Shown here: piece after piece, positions 13,350 through 24,125 of the stretch
Layout of the letters: each line of letters starts with the position of its first letter
Numbering within the stretch: the stretch's first letter is position 1
Translations under genes and position numbers: made by a program
The notes under the pieces: generated by a model
Seen by the model: only the letters and a program-made list of their open reading frames with translations
Told to the model about the DNA's origin: nothing
Databases searched by the model: none
NCBI GenBank assembly: GCA_964534895.1
Contig: CAZHQB010000001.1
Span: forward strand, 561 to 64,560
DNA: 64,000 bases
Direction of reading: 5' to 3'
Source: an uncultured Micavibrio sp.
GTDB taxonomy: Bacteria; Patescibacteriota; Minisyncoccia; Moranbacterales; GCA-2747515

Positions 13350-13625
13350 ATGGATAAACATGTTACAATTAGAGTTACTGGTAGTGTGCAAGGTGTTTAC
13401 TTTCGAAAATCAACTAAGGAATTTGCTGATGGCATTGGTTTGGTTGGATATGTTAAAAATAATATGGATGGGACTGTAACGGCTGAGGCATGTGGTACTG
13501 ATGAGCAATTAGAGAAAATAATATCTTGGTGTAAAAGTGGCCCAAATAAAGCACATGTGGACAAAATTGAGTATAATATAACGAGTAAATGCAATAAACA
13601 TTATAAAATATTTGAATTTTTATAG
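13350..13625 (+). CDS. acyP: Acylphosphatase
   Basis: GSVQGVYFR, GYVKN.DGTV. Confidence 0.95.
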   Translation: MDKHVTIRVTGSVQGVYFRKSTKEFADGIGLVGYVKNNMDGTVTAEACGTDEQLEKIISWCKSGPNKAHVDKIEYNITSKCNKHYKIFEFL

Positions 13626-13684
13626 ACAAGAAGAATTATAAGTTGTTGGATTATTTTTTAATTTATTTAGTAGATTATAATAAA

Positions 13685-14356
13685 ATGAAATTTGGAAAGT
13701 TGATTGTGATAGATGGTTCAGATGGGTCAGGAAAAGCGACGCAAACAAAGTTGCTTGTGAATAAATTAAAAAAAGATGGTGTAAAAGTAAATACCATGGA
13801 TTTCCCGCAGTATGAAAAAAATTTTTTTGGAGAGTTTATTGGTGAATGTTTAACTGGCGAGTATGGAAATTTTTTAACTTTAGATCCACACATTACGTCG
13901 GTATTGTATGCGGCAGATCGTTTTGAATCATCAGAAAAATTAAAAAGATGGCTTAATGATGGTCGTATTGTTATATTAGATAGATATGTTAGTGCGAATC
14001 AAATTCATCAAGGAGGAAAAATATTTGAACCAATTAAACGTAAGAAATTTTTGACATGGCTTGAAAAATTAGAATATGATATATTTAAATTACCACGGCC
14101 AGATAAAGTAATTTATCTTGATGTACCTGTCACAACTTCTGTTGGGCTTTTGCAACAATCACAACAGAAAAAACAATATCAAAAAGATGGAAAGAAAGAT
14201 TTAGTAGAGCAAAGTATGGATTATTTAAAGAATGCTCGTAGAAGTGCTTTGTGGTTATCTAGAAATAGTAAAAATTGGATACGTATAGAATGTGTAAAAA
14301 ATGGAGAATTAAGGTCAATTGAGGATATACATAATGATATTTATGAAATTGTTTAA
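13685..14356 (+). CDS. tmk: Thymidylate kinase
   Basis: DGSDGSGKAT P-loop, LYAADR, LDRY; upstream of thyA. Confidence 0.92.
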   Translation: MKFGKLIVIDGSDGSGKATQTKLLVNKLKKDGVKVNTMDFPQYEKNFFGEFIGECLTGEYGNFLTLDPHITSVLYAADRFESSEKLKRWLNDGRIVILDRYVSANQIHQGGKIFEPIKRKKFLTWLEKLEYDIFKLPRPDKVIYLDVPVTTSVGLLQQSQQKKQYQKDGKKDLVEQSMDYLKNARRSALWLSRNSKNWIRIECVKNGELRSIEDIHNDIYEIV

Positions 14357-14373
14357 TAAAGCTATAAAAAAAT

Positions 14374-15198
14374 ATGAAACAATATTTAGAATTATTAAAA
14401 GATATTCGTGATAATGGTGTAGGAAAAGATGATCGTACAGGTACTGGTACAAGGAGTATATTTGGGAGACAATTACGTTTTGATCTGTCAGAAGGTTTTC
14501 CTCTATTAACGACAAAAAAAGTATTTTTCAAAGGAATTGTATATGAATTATTATGGTTGCTTAGCGGCGATACTAATATTGAGTATCTTAAGAATAATGG
14601 TGTGAATATTTGGAATGAATGGGCTGATGAAAATGGAGATTTGGGACCAGTATATGGGGCACAGTGGAGGAATTGGGCCAATGAGGGAATTGATCAAATT
14701 TCAATAGCAGTTAACGAAATTAAAACAAACCCAACAAATAGACGTATTATAGTGTCAGCTTGGAATCCTAGTGTTTTGCCAGATACTACCAAATCTTTTT
14801 CTGAAAATGTGGCAAATGGTAAGGCGGCTTTGCCACCATGTCATGCATGGTTTCAATTTTATGTAACAGAAGGTAAATTATCATGTCAATTGTATCAGCG
14901 AAGTGCAGATGTCTTTTTGGGGGTGCCATTTAATATTGCAAGTTACGCACTTTTAACAATGATGATGGCACAAGTGTGTAATTTAGAAGTTGGAGATTTT
15001 GTACATACGTTTGGGGATGTACATATTTATAATAATCACATAGATCAAGTCAATAAACAATTATTGCGTACTCCAAAAACTTTACCAGTAATGAAATTAA
15101 ATCCAGAAATAAAAGATATCTTTGGATTTGTATATAATGATTTCAAATTAGTTGGATACGATCCGGCTCCAGCTATAAAAGCACCAGTTTCAATATAA
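14374..15198 (+). CDS. thyA: Thymidylate synthase
   Basis: DRTGTG, LPPCH, YQRSAD, GVPFN. Confidence 0.98.
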   Translation: MKQYLELLKDIRDNGVGKDDRTGTGTRSIFGRQLRFDLSEGFPLLTTKKVFFKGIVYELLWLLSGDTNIEYLKNNGVNIWNEWADENGDLGPVYGAQWRNWANEGIDQISIAVNEIKTNPTNRRIIVSAWNPSVLPDTTKSFSENVANGKAALPPCHAWFQFYVTEGKLSCQLYQRSADVFLGVPFNIASYALLTMMMAQVCNLEVGDFVHTFGDVHIYNNHIDQVNKQLLRTPKTLPVMKLNPEIKDIFGFVYNDFKLVGYDPAPAIKAPVSI

Positions 15199-15214
15199 AA
15201 AATAAAAATTATAA

Positions 15215-15727
15215 ATGAAAAATAAAAAATGTGAAATTATAATAATAGCAGCCATTGGAAAGAATAATGAATTGGGAAAAAATAATGATTTAATTTGGAA
15301 TATACCTGGTGATTTAAAACGTTTTAAAGAATTGACACGGGGGCATCCTGTTATTATGGGATATAATACTTTTAAATCATTGGGACTATGCGCATTACCG
15401 GAACGAACTAATATTGTTATGGCATTTAAAGAGATGGCCGATGAAGATGTTAAGGTTGTACAGTCACTTAATGATGCAATTATTATGGCTAAAAATGCGC
15501 AGGGAAGTGATAAAATTTTTATTATTGGAGGTGGAACTATTTATAATTTATTTTTGCCATTGGCAGATACGTTGAATTTGACAATTGTGGATGAAGAAGA
15601 TGATAAGGCAGATGTATTTTTTCCAGAATATGATGATGAGGATTTTAATGAAATATCATGTGAAGAGAAAGAAGTTGATGGATTGAAATTTAAGTTTGTT
15701 GTTAAACAAAGAAAAAGTAAGTATTAA
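15215..15727 (+). CDS. folA: Dihydrofolate reductase
   Basis: LIWNIPGDLKRFKELT, IMG, IIGGG, ADVFFP. Confidence 0.96.
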   Translation: MKNKKCEIIIIAAIGKNNELGKNNDLIWNIPGDLKRFKELTRGHPVIMGYNTFKSLGLCALPERTNIVMAFKEMADEDVKVVQSLNDAIIMAKNAQGSDKIFIIGGGTIYNLFLPLADTLNLTIVDEEDDKADVFFPEYDDEDFNEISCEEKEVDGLKFKFVVKQRKSKY

Positions 15728-15731
15728 ATAT

Positions 15732-15848
15732 ATGAAGAGATTTTTAATAAAAACTATAATTTATATAATTCTTTTTGTAATTATTTTAGCTTTTTTGTGG
15801 CAATTTTTGCTTAACGAGTCATTATTGGATGTTTTAATAAATAGATAA
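15732..15848 (+). CDS. 38-aa single-TM small protein (not in ORF track)
   Basis: MKRFLIKTIIYIILFVIILAFLWQFLLNESLLDVLINR*; fills the folA-mnmA gap with 4-nt and 3-nt spacers. Confidence 0.65.
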   Translation: MKRFLIKTIIYIILFVIILAFLWQFLLNESLLDVLINR

Positions 15849-15851
15849 AAT

Positions 15852-16904
15852 ATGAAAATAGCAGTATTAGTCAGTGGTGGTGTTGATAGTTCTGTTGCCT
15901 TGCATTTATTGAAGACTCAAGGTCATGATTTGGAAGCATTTTATCTCAAAATTTGGCTTGAAGATGAGATGTCTTTTTTGGGTGAATGTCCGTGGGAAAA
16001 AGATTTATCGTATGTAGAGAAGGTGTGTAAGCAATGTGATGTTAAATTGAATACTGTACCATTGCAAAAAGAGTATTATGAGCGTGTAGTAAACTATACT
16101 ATAGATGCTGTACGAAAGGGATTAACTCCGAATCCAGATATGCTTTGCAATCGAGAAATTAAATTTGGTGCTTTTTATGATAAATTTGGTAAAGATTTTG
16201 ACAAAATAGCATCAGGCCATTATGCTCAAATTGAAGAACAAAAAAATGGAAGCGTAAAACTTAAACGTGCACCTGATCTTGTAAAAGATCAGACATATTT
16301 TTTAGCAATGATGCGTCAAGAGCAATTGCAAAAAGCCTTATTTCCGATTGGTAAAATGAATAAAAAAGAGGTGAGGCAATATGCTATACAAAATAATTTA
16401 GCAACTGCAATGCGTAAAGATTCACAAGGCATTTGTTTTTTGGGTAAGATTGCTTTTTCTGATTTTGTTAAAGAACATTTAGGCATAAAAAAAGGGAAAT
16501 TTATAGAAAAAGAAACTGGTAAAGAACTTGGTGAGCATGATGGTTTTTATTTTTATACAATAGGACAAAGGCGTGGTATTAATATAAATAATGGACCTTG
16601 GTATGTTTGTGGTAAAGATGTAGAAAAAAATATCATTTATCTCACACATGGATATACGGGAAATGATCAAAGGCGTGATAATTTTGACATAGCAAATATA
16701 AATTGTATTGGAAAAATTCCGATAAAAAAAGAATTATTAGTAAAGTTACGTCACGGTGAAAACTTTTATACTTGCAATATTGATGTTTATGACAAAAATG
16801 GTGCACATGTTATTCTTAATCAAAAAGATCCAGGAATAACACCTGGGCAATATGCAGTATTTTATGATGAACAATATTGCTTAGGTGGTGGAGTTGTAGT
16901 TTGA
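15852..16904 (+). CDS. mnmA: tRNA 2-thiouridylase
   Basis: SGGVDS, PNPDMLCN, KDQTYFL, DSQGICF. Confidence 0.97.
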   Translation: MKIAVLVSGGVDSSVALHLLKTQGHDLEAFYLKIWLEDEMSFLGECPWEKDLSYVEKVCKQCDVKLNTVPLQKEYYERVVNYTIDAVRKGLTPNPDMLCNREIKFGAFYDKFGKDFDKIASGHYAQIEEQKNGSVKLKRAPDLVKDQTYFLAMMRQEQLQKALFPIGKMNKKEVRQYAIQNNLATAMRKDSQGICFLGKIAFSDFVKEHLGIKKGKFIEKETGKELGEHDGFYFYTIGQRRGININNGPWYVCGKDVEKNIIYLTHGYTGNDQRRDNFDIANINCIGKIPIKKELLVKLRHGENFYTCNIDVYDKNGAHVILNQKDPGITPGQYAVFYDEQYCLGGGVVV

Positions 16905-16940
16905 GTTAGTATTATTTATAGTTTATGATATAATATGCGC

Positions 16941-17639
16941 ATGACATATCAAGTAAAAATGGAGCAATTTGAAGGTCCTCTGGATCTCCTTTTAGATTTA
17001 ATAGAAAAGGAAAAGGTAGATATAACTAGAGTATCTCTTGCTAAGATTGCGGATGAATATTTAGACTACATTAATAAACATAAAAATATTTCTTTATATA
17101 ATCTTGCAGATTTCTTATCTGTTGCTGCAAAATTGATTTTAATCAAATCAAAGGCTTTGTTGCCACTGCTTAAATTAGATGATGATGAAGAAGAAGATTT
17201 AAAAGAATTAGAGTTACAATTAGCTGCATTAGAAGTCTTTAAAAGACATAATGAAATTTTTAAAGAATTGTTTGAACAATCGCAGAGTATGTATGGTAAT
17301 GGTGGTGTATGGGGGCAAGATGCATATTTTTGTCCACCTAAAAATATAACTGTAAAAGATATAAGGGACGCATTTTTGGTTTCGCTTCATGCGATTCCTC
17401 GTGTAGAAGAAATGGAAGAAAAAATTGTTAGTGATGTCATTTCGCTTGAACGTCGTATTGCAGAAATTCAACATAGCGTGAAAAATAGAGCAGTAACTGT
17501 ATTTTCTGATATTACGGCAGATGCAAATGATAAATCTGAAGTAGTAATTTCATTCTTAGCTTTGTTAGAGCTTGTTAAACAACAAATAATTATAGCTAAA
17601 CAGTCTAAGATTTTTGCTGATATTGAATTAAGGAAATAA
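16941..17639 (+). CDS. scpA: Segregation/condensation protein A
   Basis: FEGPLDLLLDLI, FLALLELVK. Start may be 16935 or 16941. Confidence 0.95.
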   Translation: MTYQVKMEQFEGPLDLLLDLIEKEKVDITRVSLAKIADEYLDYINKHKNISLYNLADFLSVAAKLILIKSKALLPLLKLDDDEEEDLKELELQLAALEVFKRHNEIFKELFEQSQSMYGNGGVWGQDAYFCPPKNITVKDIRDAFLVSLHAIPRVEEMEEKIVSDVISLERRIAEIQHSVKNRAVTVFSDITADANDKSEVVISFLALLELVKQQIIIAKQSKIFADIELRK

Positions 17640-17651
17640 TATTAAATATAT

Positions 17652-18227
17652 ATGAACAAACAAGAACAAAATATGGTAGAACTTTTGGAATCTGTATTAT
17701 TTATGTATGGTAGAGAAATTTCTTTTTCTCGTATTGGAGAATTATTAGAATTGTCTGATGATGAAGTTTTGGATGTTATTATTAAGTTGCAGAAAGAGTA
17801 TAAAAAACGAGAAAATTGTGGGTTGCATATTTTGGTACAAAATAAACAAATACAAATTGTGACACACCCAAGTTCAGCAAAAATTATTGAACAAATAACA
17901 AGAAAAGAATTGGAGGGACCGTTAACACCTGTTGCTAGTGAGGTTTTGGCGATTATCGCATATCGTGGTCCAATAAATAAAATTGATATTGAGGCAATTC
18001 GTGGTGTAAATTGTTCTTTCACTTTGCGTAATTTGTTACGAAGAGGCCTCATTAAAAAAACTATAAGTGATGATAGTAGGAAATTACAGCAATATAATAT
18101 TACTATGGATTTTTTGCGTGTGCTTGGACTTGATTCTATAGAAAAATTACCAGAATATGATGAACTGTCTAATGACAAGCGTATCGATGCGATCTTGTAT
18201 AATGACCAAAATAATAATGATATTTAA
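17652..18227 (+). CDS. scpB: Segregation/condensation protein B
   Basis: EVLAIIAYRGP, IEAIRGVN, FLRVLGL. Confidence 0.95.
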   Translation: MNKQEQNMVELLESVLFMYGREISFSRIGELLELSDDEVLDVIIKLQKEYKKRENCGLHILVQNKQIQIVTHPSSAKIIEQITRKELEGPLTPVASEVLAIIAYRGPINKIDIEAIRGVNCSFTLRNLLRRGLIKKTISDDSRKLQQYNITMDFLRVLGLDSIEKLPEYDELSNDKRIDAILYNDQNNNDI

Positions 18228-19300
18228 TGAAAGAGGAAATGACACAAAAACAGCGCACGACGCTTGCGACTTATCCCATCGCAGTATTTTTGTTTTTTGC
18301 ATTCCTTCTAGGAGCGACTGTTTTTTTGAGTCATGTGGAGAATAAGACTGAGCAAACACAAGTTGAAAAACATAAGAATATACAAAAAAATATAAATCAG
18401 GCAAGTATTCAAAATCAATTGAAGACAGTTTTAGCAAAAGAAAATAATTCGTTAAAACATGCTACATATCAACCAATTAAGAAAAAAAATTTTTCAGATT
18501 TAACTTTAGAAAATGCACATGCAGCAATTATACTTGATGTGGATTCAGGTACAATTTTATATGAAAAAAATGCTACACAAAAGAGATCACTTGCTTCAAT
18601 TACAAAGTTAGTTACTGCCATGATAACCATTGATCGTGTGAGGGATTTGAATGAAGTTGTGACAATTCCAGAATCTGTTATGCATATTGAGGGCACAACG
18701 GTTGGTTGCCCAACCTCTGTGATTTGTAATAGTGAACCATTTCACACGGGTGAAAAAGTTTATTTAAAGGATGTTTTGCGGTCAATGCTTATGTTTAGTG
18801 CTAATGATGCCGCAACTGTTTTAGGAGTTCATATTGCTGGTAGTGAAGAAGAATTTGCTAAATTAATGAATGCACGTATGAAAGAGATTGGTGCGGGTAA
18901 TACACATTTTTGTCGTCCTTCCGGATTGGAGTTTGATGCTGATGTAGAGTCTTGCTATTCAAGTGCATATGATATTGCACGGGCTATTGCACATTTGTTG
19001 CAATATGACAAATACAATGTTTTATGGGATATGATGCGCACAAAAGAAGTCGTGTTTAAATCCGTAGATGGTAAATTTGAACATGAGCTCAAAAATACAG
19101 ATCGTTTGATAGGTGAATTGCCAAATTTGGTGGGAGCAAAAACGGGATTCACACCACGAGCAGGATATTGTTTGGCGATGGTTACATCTGATGCAAATAA
19201 AAAGCATAAAATAATATCAATTGTACTTGATGATTATCATCGCTTTGATGATGTTCAAAAAATGAGTGCATGGACATTTGAAAATTATGTATGGCAGTAA
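18227..19300 (+). CDS. dacA: D-alanyl-D-alanine carboxypeptidase (peptidase S11)
   Basis: ASITK (SxxK), SAN (SxN), KTG; N-terminal TM anchor. Confidence 0.9.
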   Translation: MKEEMTQKQRTTLATYPIAVFLFFAFLLGATVFLSHVENKTEQTQVEKHKNIQKNINQASIQNQLKTVLAKENNSLKHATYQPIKKKNFSDLTLENAHAAIILDVDSGTILYEKNATQKRSLASITKLVTAMITIDRVRDLNEVVTIPESVMHIEGTTVGCPTSVICNSEPFHTGEKVYLKDVLRSMLMFSANDAATVLGVHIAGSEEEFAKLMNARMKEIGAGNTHFCRPSGLEFDADVESCYSSAYDIARAIAHLLQYDKYNVLWDMMRTKEVVFKSVDGKFEHELKNTDRLIGELPNLVGAKTGFTPRAGYCLAMVTSDANKKHKIISIVLDDYHRFDDVQKMSAWTFENYVWQ

Positions 19301-19493
19301 ATTAAAATATTGCATACTCTGAACATATTTTTAAATTGCTTGTGTAATTTTATTTTTCTTGTAAAAAGAAGTTTTATAATGAATATTTTGTATAATTATA
19401 TGATGTTATTTTAACAATGATGTGTGCATAGCAGAAAGTTTAATAGTGTGTTCATATATACAGGTATTATATTTTTGTGTTATAATAATGTGT

Positions 19494-20597
19494 ATGCATA
19501 TAGGAGTAAATGACATTTGTAGTACACCAGAAGTGGTTAATGTTTTAAAAATTATGCTTACGGGTATGATTGCTTTTATTATTGCCTTTCTAATTACTCC
19601 AATTTGGACTCATTTTTTATATAAATATAAATTTGGTATTAAAATCAAAAATAATGGAGTACAGGGTGATCAATTACAGTATGTTAATACATTGCATGCT
19701 GATAAATCAGGTACACCTACTATGGGAGGAGTCATTGTTTGGATGAGTATCTTTGTGTTAATTTTTGCTTCAGAATATTTATTTCCAATTTTTGCGCAGT
19801 TGTTTGATAAGGGTTTTATAGCACGATTAGATTTTTTCTCTAGACAACAGACTTATTTACCACTCTTTGCACTTGTAACGACTGGTGTGTTAGGTTTATT
19901 TGATGATGTCATGAGTGTACGCGGTTGGGGTAGTAATAAGGGTGGTGGTATGAGGTTTGCTGTTAGATTTTGGTGGCTTTTCGGCATTTCTGCCTTGGGT
20001 GCTTGGTGGTTTTATTCAAAATTAGGTTGGGATATAATTCATATTCCAGCAATTGGTGATTTTGGGATAGGGTTGTGGTATATTCCACTTTTCATAGGAG
20101 TAATTCTTTTTATGGCTTTTTCATCCAATGAAACAGATGGTCTAGATGGACTCAATGCCGGTATTCTTATGATGGCATTTTCAGCTTTTACTATTATTGC
20201 GTTTTCACAAAATAAGATTGATCTTGCATCATTTTGTATGGCTATTTCAGGTGCTTTGTTAGCATTCTTGTGGTTTAATGTTTATCCTGCTCGATTTTTT
20301 ATGGGAGATACTGGAGCAATAAGTCTTGGCGCTACTTTGGGTGTTGTGGCAATGCTTACGGATTCTGTAGCTGTTCTTTTTATTATTGTTTTTATATATG
20401 TATTAGAGTCTGGAAGTGCATTATTACAAATTATATCAAAGAAGTTTTTTAAGAGAAAAATATTTCTTGCTGCCCCAATTCACCACCACTTTGAGGCGAT
20501 GGGTTGGCCAGAACCGAAGGTCACTATGCGAGCGTGGATTTTTACTGCTGTTATGGTTGTTCTTGGACTCATTATTGGTCTTATTGGTATGGGATAA
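19494..20597 (+). CDS. mraY: Phospho-N-acetylmuramoyl-pentapeptide transferase
   Basis: KSGTPTMGG, DD, NETDGLDG, FMGDTG, APIHHHFE. Start uncertain (19488 or 19494). Confidence 0.95.
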   Translation: MHIGVNDICSTPEVVNVLKIMLTGMIAFIIAFLITPIWTHFLYKYKFGIKIKNNGVQGDQLQYVNTLHADKSGTPTMGGVIVWMSIFVLIFASEYLFPIFAQLFDKGFIARLDFFSRQQTYLPLFALVTTGVLGLFDDVMSVRGWGSNKGGGMRFAVRFWWLFGISALGAWWFYSKLGWDIIHIPAIGDFGIGLWYIPLFIGVILFMAFSSNETDGLDGLNAGILMMAFSAFTIIAFSQNKIDLASFCMAISGALLAFLWFNVYPARFFMGDTGAISLGATLGVVAMLTDSVAVLFIIVFIYVLESGSALLQIISKKFFKRKIFLAAPIHHHFEAMGWPEPKVTMRAWIFTAVMVVLGLIIGLIGMG

Positions 20598-20625
20598 TGT
20601 AATTTAGTCTTTAAAATATTAAGAG

Positions 20626-21702
20626 ATGAATAATATAAAAATAAAAAAAATACAAGATGTAAAAGTTTATGGAAAGAAAGTGTTAGTGAGGGTTGATTTT
20701 AATGTTTTACTTGATGATGAAGGTGATGTTAAATCAACTTATAAAATATTAGCGGCGAAAGACACCGTTGATTATTTGATTGATAATGGTGTAAGTCATA
20801 TTGCATTACTTACACATTTTGGTCGTCCAAATGGCAAAATTGATGAGAGATTTTCTCTTAAAAAAATAACTGATGATATTACTAGGATATTTCAACGAAA
20901 GGTAGTATTTACATCAAAATGTATTGGGGGAAATGTTATTAAAGCAATGAACGACTTAGGACAAAATGAGTTGTTATTATTGGAGAATGTTCGTTTTTTT
21001 AAAGAAGAAAAAGAAGATAGAGAAACATTTGCTGCAAAATTATGTGCTCCATTTGATATTTATGTAAATGAGGCATTTGGAGTTTCGCATAGAAAACATG
21101 CATCAGTACACGCAATTACGCGATGTATTCCATCTTATGCAGGATTGTGGTTGCAAAAAGAATTAGAAAATTTGAGACGTGTAAAGTATGAACCAACTCA
21201 ACCTGCCGTTGCAATTATTGGTGGTGCTAAGATAGATACAAAAGTTCCAATGATAAATACTTTTTCTAAAAAATACAGCACTGTATTAGTAGGTGGCAAA
21301 ATTGCAGTGGAGGCGAAAGAACGTGATATGAAATTTGGAGATGACGTTATTTTTCCAGTTGATTTTGAATATAAATATTTAGATATTGGATCAAAAACAA
21401 TTGAGCGTTTTTGTAATATAATAAAAAATGCAAAAACGATTGTATGGAATGGACCTATGGGACTTATTGAAAAAAATGAATATAAAAAGGGTACATTATC
21501 TTTAATTAAAGAAATAGCAAATAATATTGAAGCTTTTAGTCTTATTGGAGGAGGAGAGAGTGCACAAATGGTGGATGAAAGTGGTTTATTGGATAAAATT
21601 TCCTTTGTATCAACGGGAGGTGGGGCCATGCTTGCTTATTTAGGGGGTGAAGAAATGCCTGGTATTAATATGCTTTTGTGTAAAGATGAAAAATGTGAAT
21701 GA
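20626..21702 (+). CDS. pgk: Phosphoglycerate kinase (compact)
   Basis: RVDFNV, HFGRP, LLENVRF, GGAK, WNGPMG, STGGGA. Confidence 0.96.
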   Translation: MNNIKIKKIQDVKVYGKKVLVRVDFNVLLDDEGDVKSTYKILAAKDTVDYLIDNGVSHIALLTHFGRPNGKIDERFSLKKITDDITRIFQRKVVFTSKCIGGNVIKAMNDLGQNELLLLENVRFFKEEKEDRETFAAKLCAPFDIYVNEAFGVSHRKHASVHAITRCIPSYAGLWLQKELENLRRVKYEPTQPAVAIIGGAKIDTKVPMINTFSKKYSTVLVGGKIAVEAKERDMKFGDDVIFPVDFEYKYLDIGSKTIERFCNIIKNAKTIVWNGPMGLIEKNEYKKGTLSLIKEIANNIEAFSLIGGGESAQMVDESGLLDKISFVSTGGGAMLAYLGGEEMPGINMLLCKDEKCE

Positions 21703-21804
21703 GTGTGATATAATTAGTTAGGAGATGTTTGCAGAATTACAAAAATTATATAATTCTGATTTTCGTAAACATTTTTCAGTGAATAATAAGAATAATAAAA
21801 AAAT

Positions 21805-23058
21805 ATGGCAAAAATAAAGAAGATGATTGCGCGTGAGATTTTAGATTCTAGGGGTAATCCAACAGTTGAAGCAGAATTATATTTAGATGATGGTACCAAA
21901 TCTTGGTCGCAAGTTCCTAGTGGTGCTTCTACTGGTGAATTTGAAGCGCTTGAGTTGAGGGATGGTAATGAAGAGCGTTATGGAGGGAAGGGGGTGCTGA
22001 AAGCCGTTGAAAATATTAATACTAAAATAAGTGAGGCCGTTGTAGGCATGGAAGTAAAAGAACAAAGAGCTATTGATGATAAAATGATAGAGCTTGATGG
22101 TAGTGATAATAAGGAAAATTTAGGAGCTAATGCAATTTTGGCAGTTTCTCTTGCTAGTTGTCGTGCTGGTGCAATTAGTATTAAAAAACCTTTATATAAA
22201 TATATTGCTGATTTACATAATACAAAAGAAGTGGACATGCCCATCCCAATGTTTAATATTATAAATGGAGGACAGCATGCGGATAGCGGGTTAGCCATTC
22301 AAGAATACAAGATTGTTCCTAGTGGCATAGATTCATTTAAAGAGCAATATCGTGCTGGTGCAGAAATCTTTCATGTGCTTAAAAAATATTTTGCTGATAA
22401 AAAATTAGCAACTTCAGTTGGAGATGAAGGTGGATTTGCACCTAGACTTAAAAGTAATACAGAACCATTTAAAGCTATTGAAGTAGCTACAAAAACAGCA
22501 GGTTATAGAATGGGTGAACAGATTAATATCGCAATTGATTCAGCAGCAAATTGGTTTTATCATGAAAAATGTGGTCATTATACATTTGAACTTGAAGATA
22601 AAGCATTTACAGTCTCAGAACTTTTAGATGAATATCAAAAATGGATAAATGAGTATTATATTATGAGTATTGAAGATGGGTTAAGTGAATATGATTGGGA
22701 AGGATGGCATACTATGTATGAAAAATTTGATAAACAAATTATGCTTATAGGAGATGATCTGATTGTAACTAATGTTGATAGATTACAAAGAGCTATTGAT
22801 GAAAAATCTTGTAATTCAGTGCTCATTAAACCAAATCAAATTGGCACGGTCAGTGAAACATTGGATTGTGTGAGATTGGCTCAGGATAATAATTTAAAAG
22901 TAGTTGTATCACATAGAAGCGGAGAGACGATTGATGATTTTATTGCTGATTTATCAGTAGGTATTTCTGCTGATTTTATTAAAACTGGTTCATTATCCAG
23001 AGGAGAGCGCTTGTGTAAATATAACAGATTACTAACAATTTCAGAAACGGTAAAATGA
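21805..23058 (+). CDS. eno: Enolase
   Basis: DSRGNPTVE, PSGASTG, GDEGGF, LIKPNQIG, SHRSGET. Confidence 0.98.
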   Translation: MAKIKKMIAREILDSRGNPTVEAELYLDDGTKSWSQVPSGASTGEFEALELRDGNEERYGGKGVLKAVENINTKISEAVVGMEVKEQRAIDDKMIELDGSDNKENLGANAILAVSLASCRAGAISIKKPLYKYIADLHNTKEVDMPIPMFNIINGGQHADSGLAIQEYKIVPSGIDSFKEQYRAGAEIFHVLKKYFADKKLATSVGDEGGFAPRLKSNTEPFKAIEVATKTAGYRMGEQINIAIDSAANWFYHEKCGHYTFELEDKAFTVSELLDEYQKWINEYYIMSIEDGLSEYDWEGWHTMYEKFDKQIMLIGDDLIVTNVDRLQRAIDEKSCNSVLIKPNQIGTVSETLDCVRLAQDNNLKVVVSHRSGETIDDFIADLSVGISADFIKTGSLSRGERLCKYNRLLTISETVK

Positions 23059-24125
23059 AAAATACAAAATCAATCATTACAAAATATTGTGGCATATCGA
23101 AAAGTAGAGTACTTTGTATTGGTAGTATGGGAAAAGATATTTTTTTACCAGTTACCTCTGGTGCGGTAGTTGATTCAGATATGGAACAAAGTAAAGTAAA
23201 ACAATTTTGTTTTCGTTATGGAGGCAAAATACATGTAAAGGACCGTTTCAATGCACCTGGTGGTTGTGCTTGCAATGTTTCTATAGGATTGTCTCGTTTA
23301 GGTATTGACGTATCATCTTTAGGCAATATTGGTGATGATTATGATGGGGAATGGATTAGAAAAATATTAGATAGTGAGCATGTAAATACTAGAAAAATAA
23401 ATGTAAAACAAGGAAAAAATTCTGATATATCAGTTGTTGTTGTAGATGCAAATGAAGGGGAGCGTACGATTTTTGTTAATCGAGATGTTGGTGAAGAATT
23501 AATAATTAAAAAACAGGATTTGGATGATTTTGATTGGTGTTTTGTGGGGTCCCTGTATGGGGAAAATATTAGAGATAATGTGCAAATAATTCATGACAAA
23601 TTGTTAAATACGAAACTTAAATTAGTTTATAATCCAGGAGGCAAAAATATTAAGCAAGATGTAGATATTGTTTTAGATTTAATACATCATGCAAATATTA
23701 TTTTTGTAAATAAATCGGAAGCACGTGAAATTGTGTCAAAGTTTAATTTATCGTATACTAAAGAAGAGTTTTCAGATGAACGATATTTATTAACAATATT
23801 AAGAGAGCATATGCAAAATGATAATGGAATAGTTGTGGTGACAGATGGTCGTCGGGGTGCTTGGGTATGTGATGGTAAAAATATGTATCATACAAAAACA
23901 ATTAATAAACCAGTGTGTGATGCTACTGGCGCAGGAGATGCATTTGCTAGCGGATTTTTTGCAGCTGTTCTATATCGATTACCACTTAAGAAGTGTATTG
24001 TGTGGGGTAGTATAAATGGGGATAGTGTTGTTGATTATTATGGTGCACAAAAAGGATTGCAAACATGTGGTACAATTCAAGATAGGATGGGATTATTTGT
24101 AGTAGAAAATAAAAAGAATAAATGA
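23055..24125 (+). CDS. PfkB family carbohydrate kinase
   Basis: PGGCACNV, NKSEA, VTDGRRGA, DATGAGDAF. Confidence 0.92.
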   Translation: MKNTKSIITKYCGISKSRVLCIGSMGKDIFLPVTSGAVVDSDMEQSKVKQFCFRYGGKIHVKDRFNAPGGCACNVSIGLSRLGIDVSSLGNIGDDYDGEWIRKILDSEHVNTRKINVKQGKNSDISVVVVDANEGERTIFVNRDVGEELIIKKQDLDDFDWCFVGSLYGENIRDNVQIIHDKLLNTKLKLVYNPGGKNIKQDVDIVLDLIHHANIIFVNKSEAREIVSKFNLSYTKEEFSDERYLLTILREHMQNDNGIVVVTDGRRGAWVCDGKNMYHTKTINKPVCDATGAGDAFASGFFAAVLYRLPLKKCIVWGSINGDSVVDYYGAQKGLQTCGTIQDRMGLFVVENKKNK

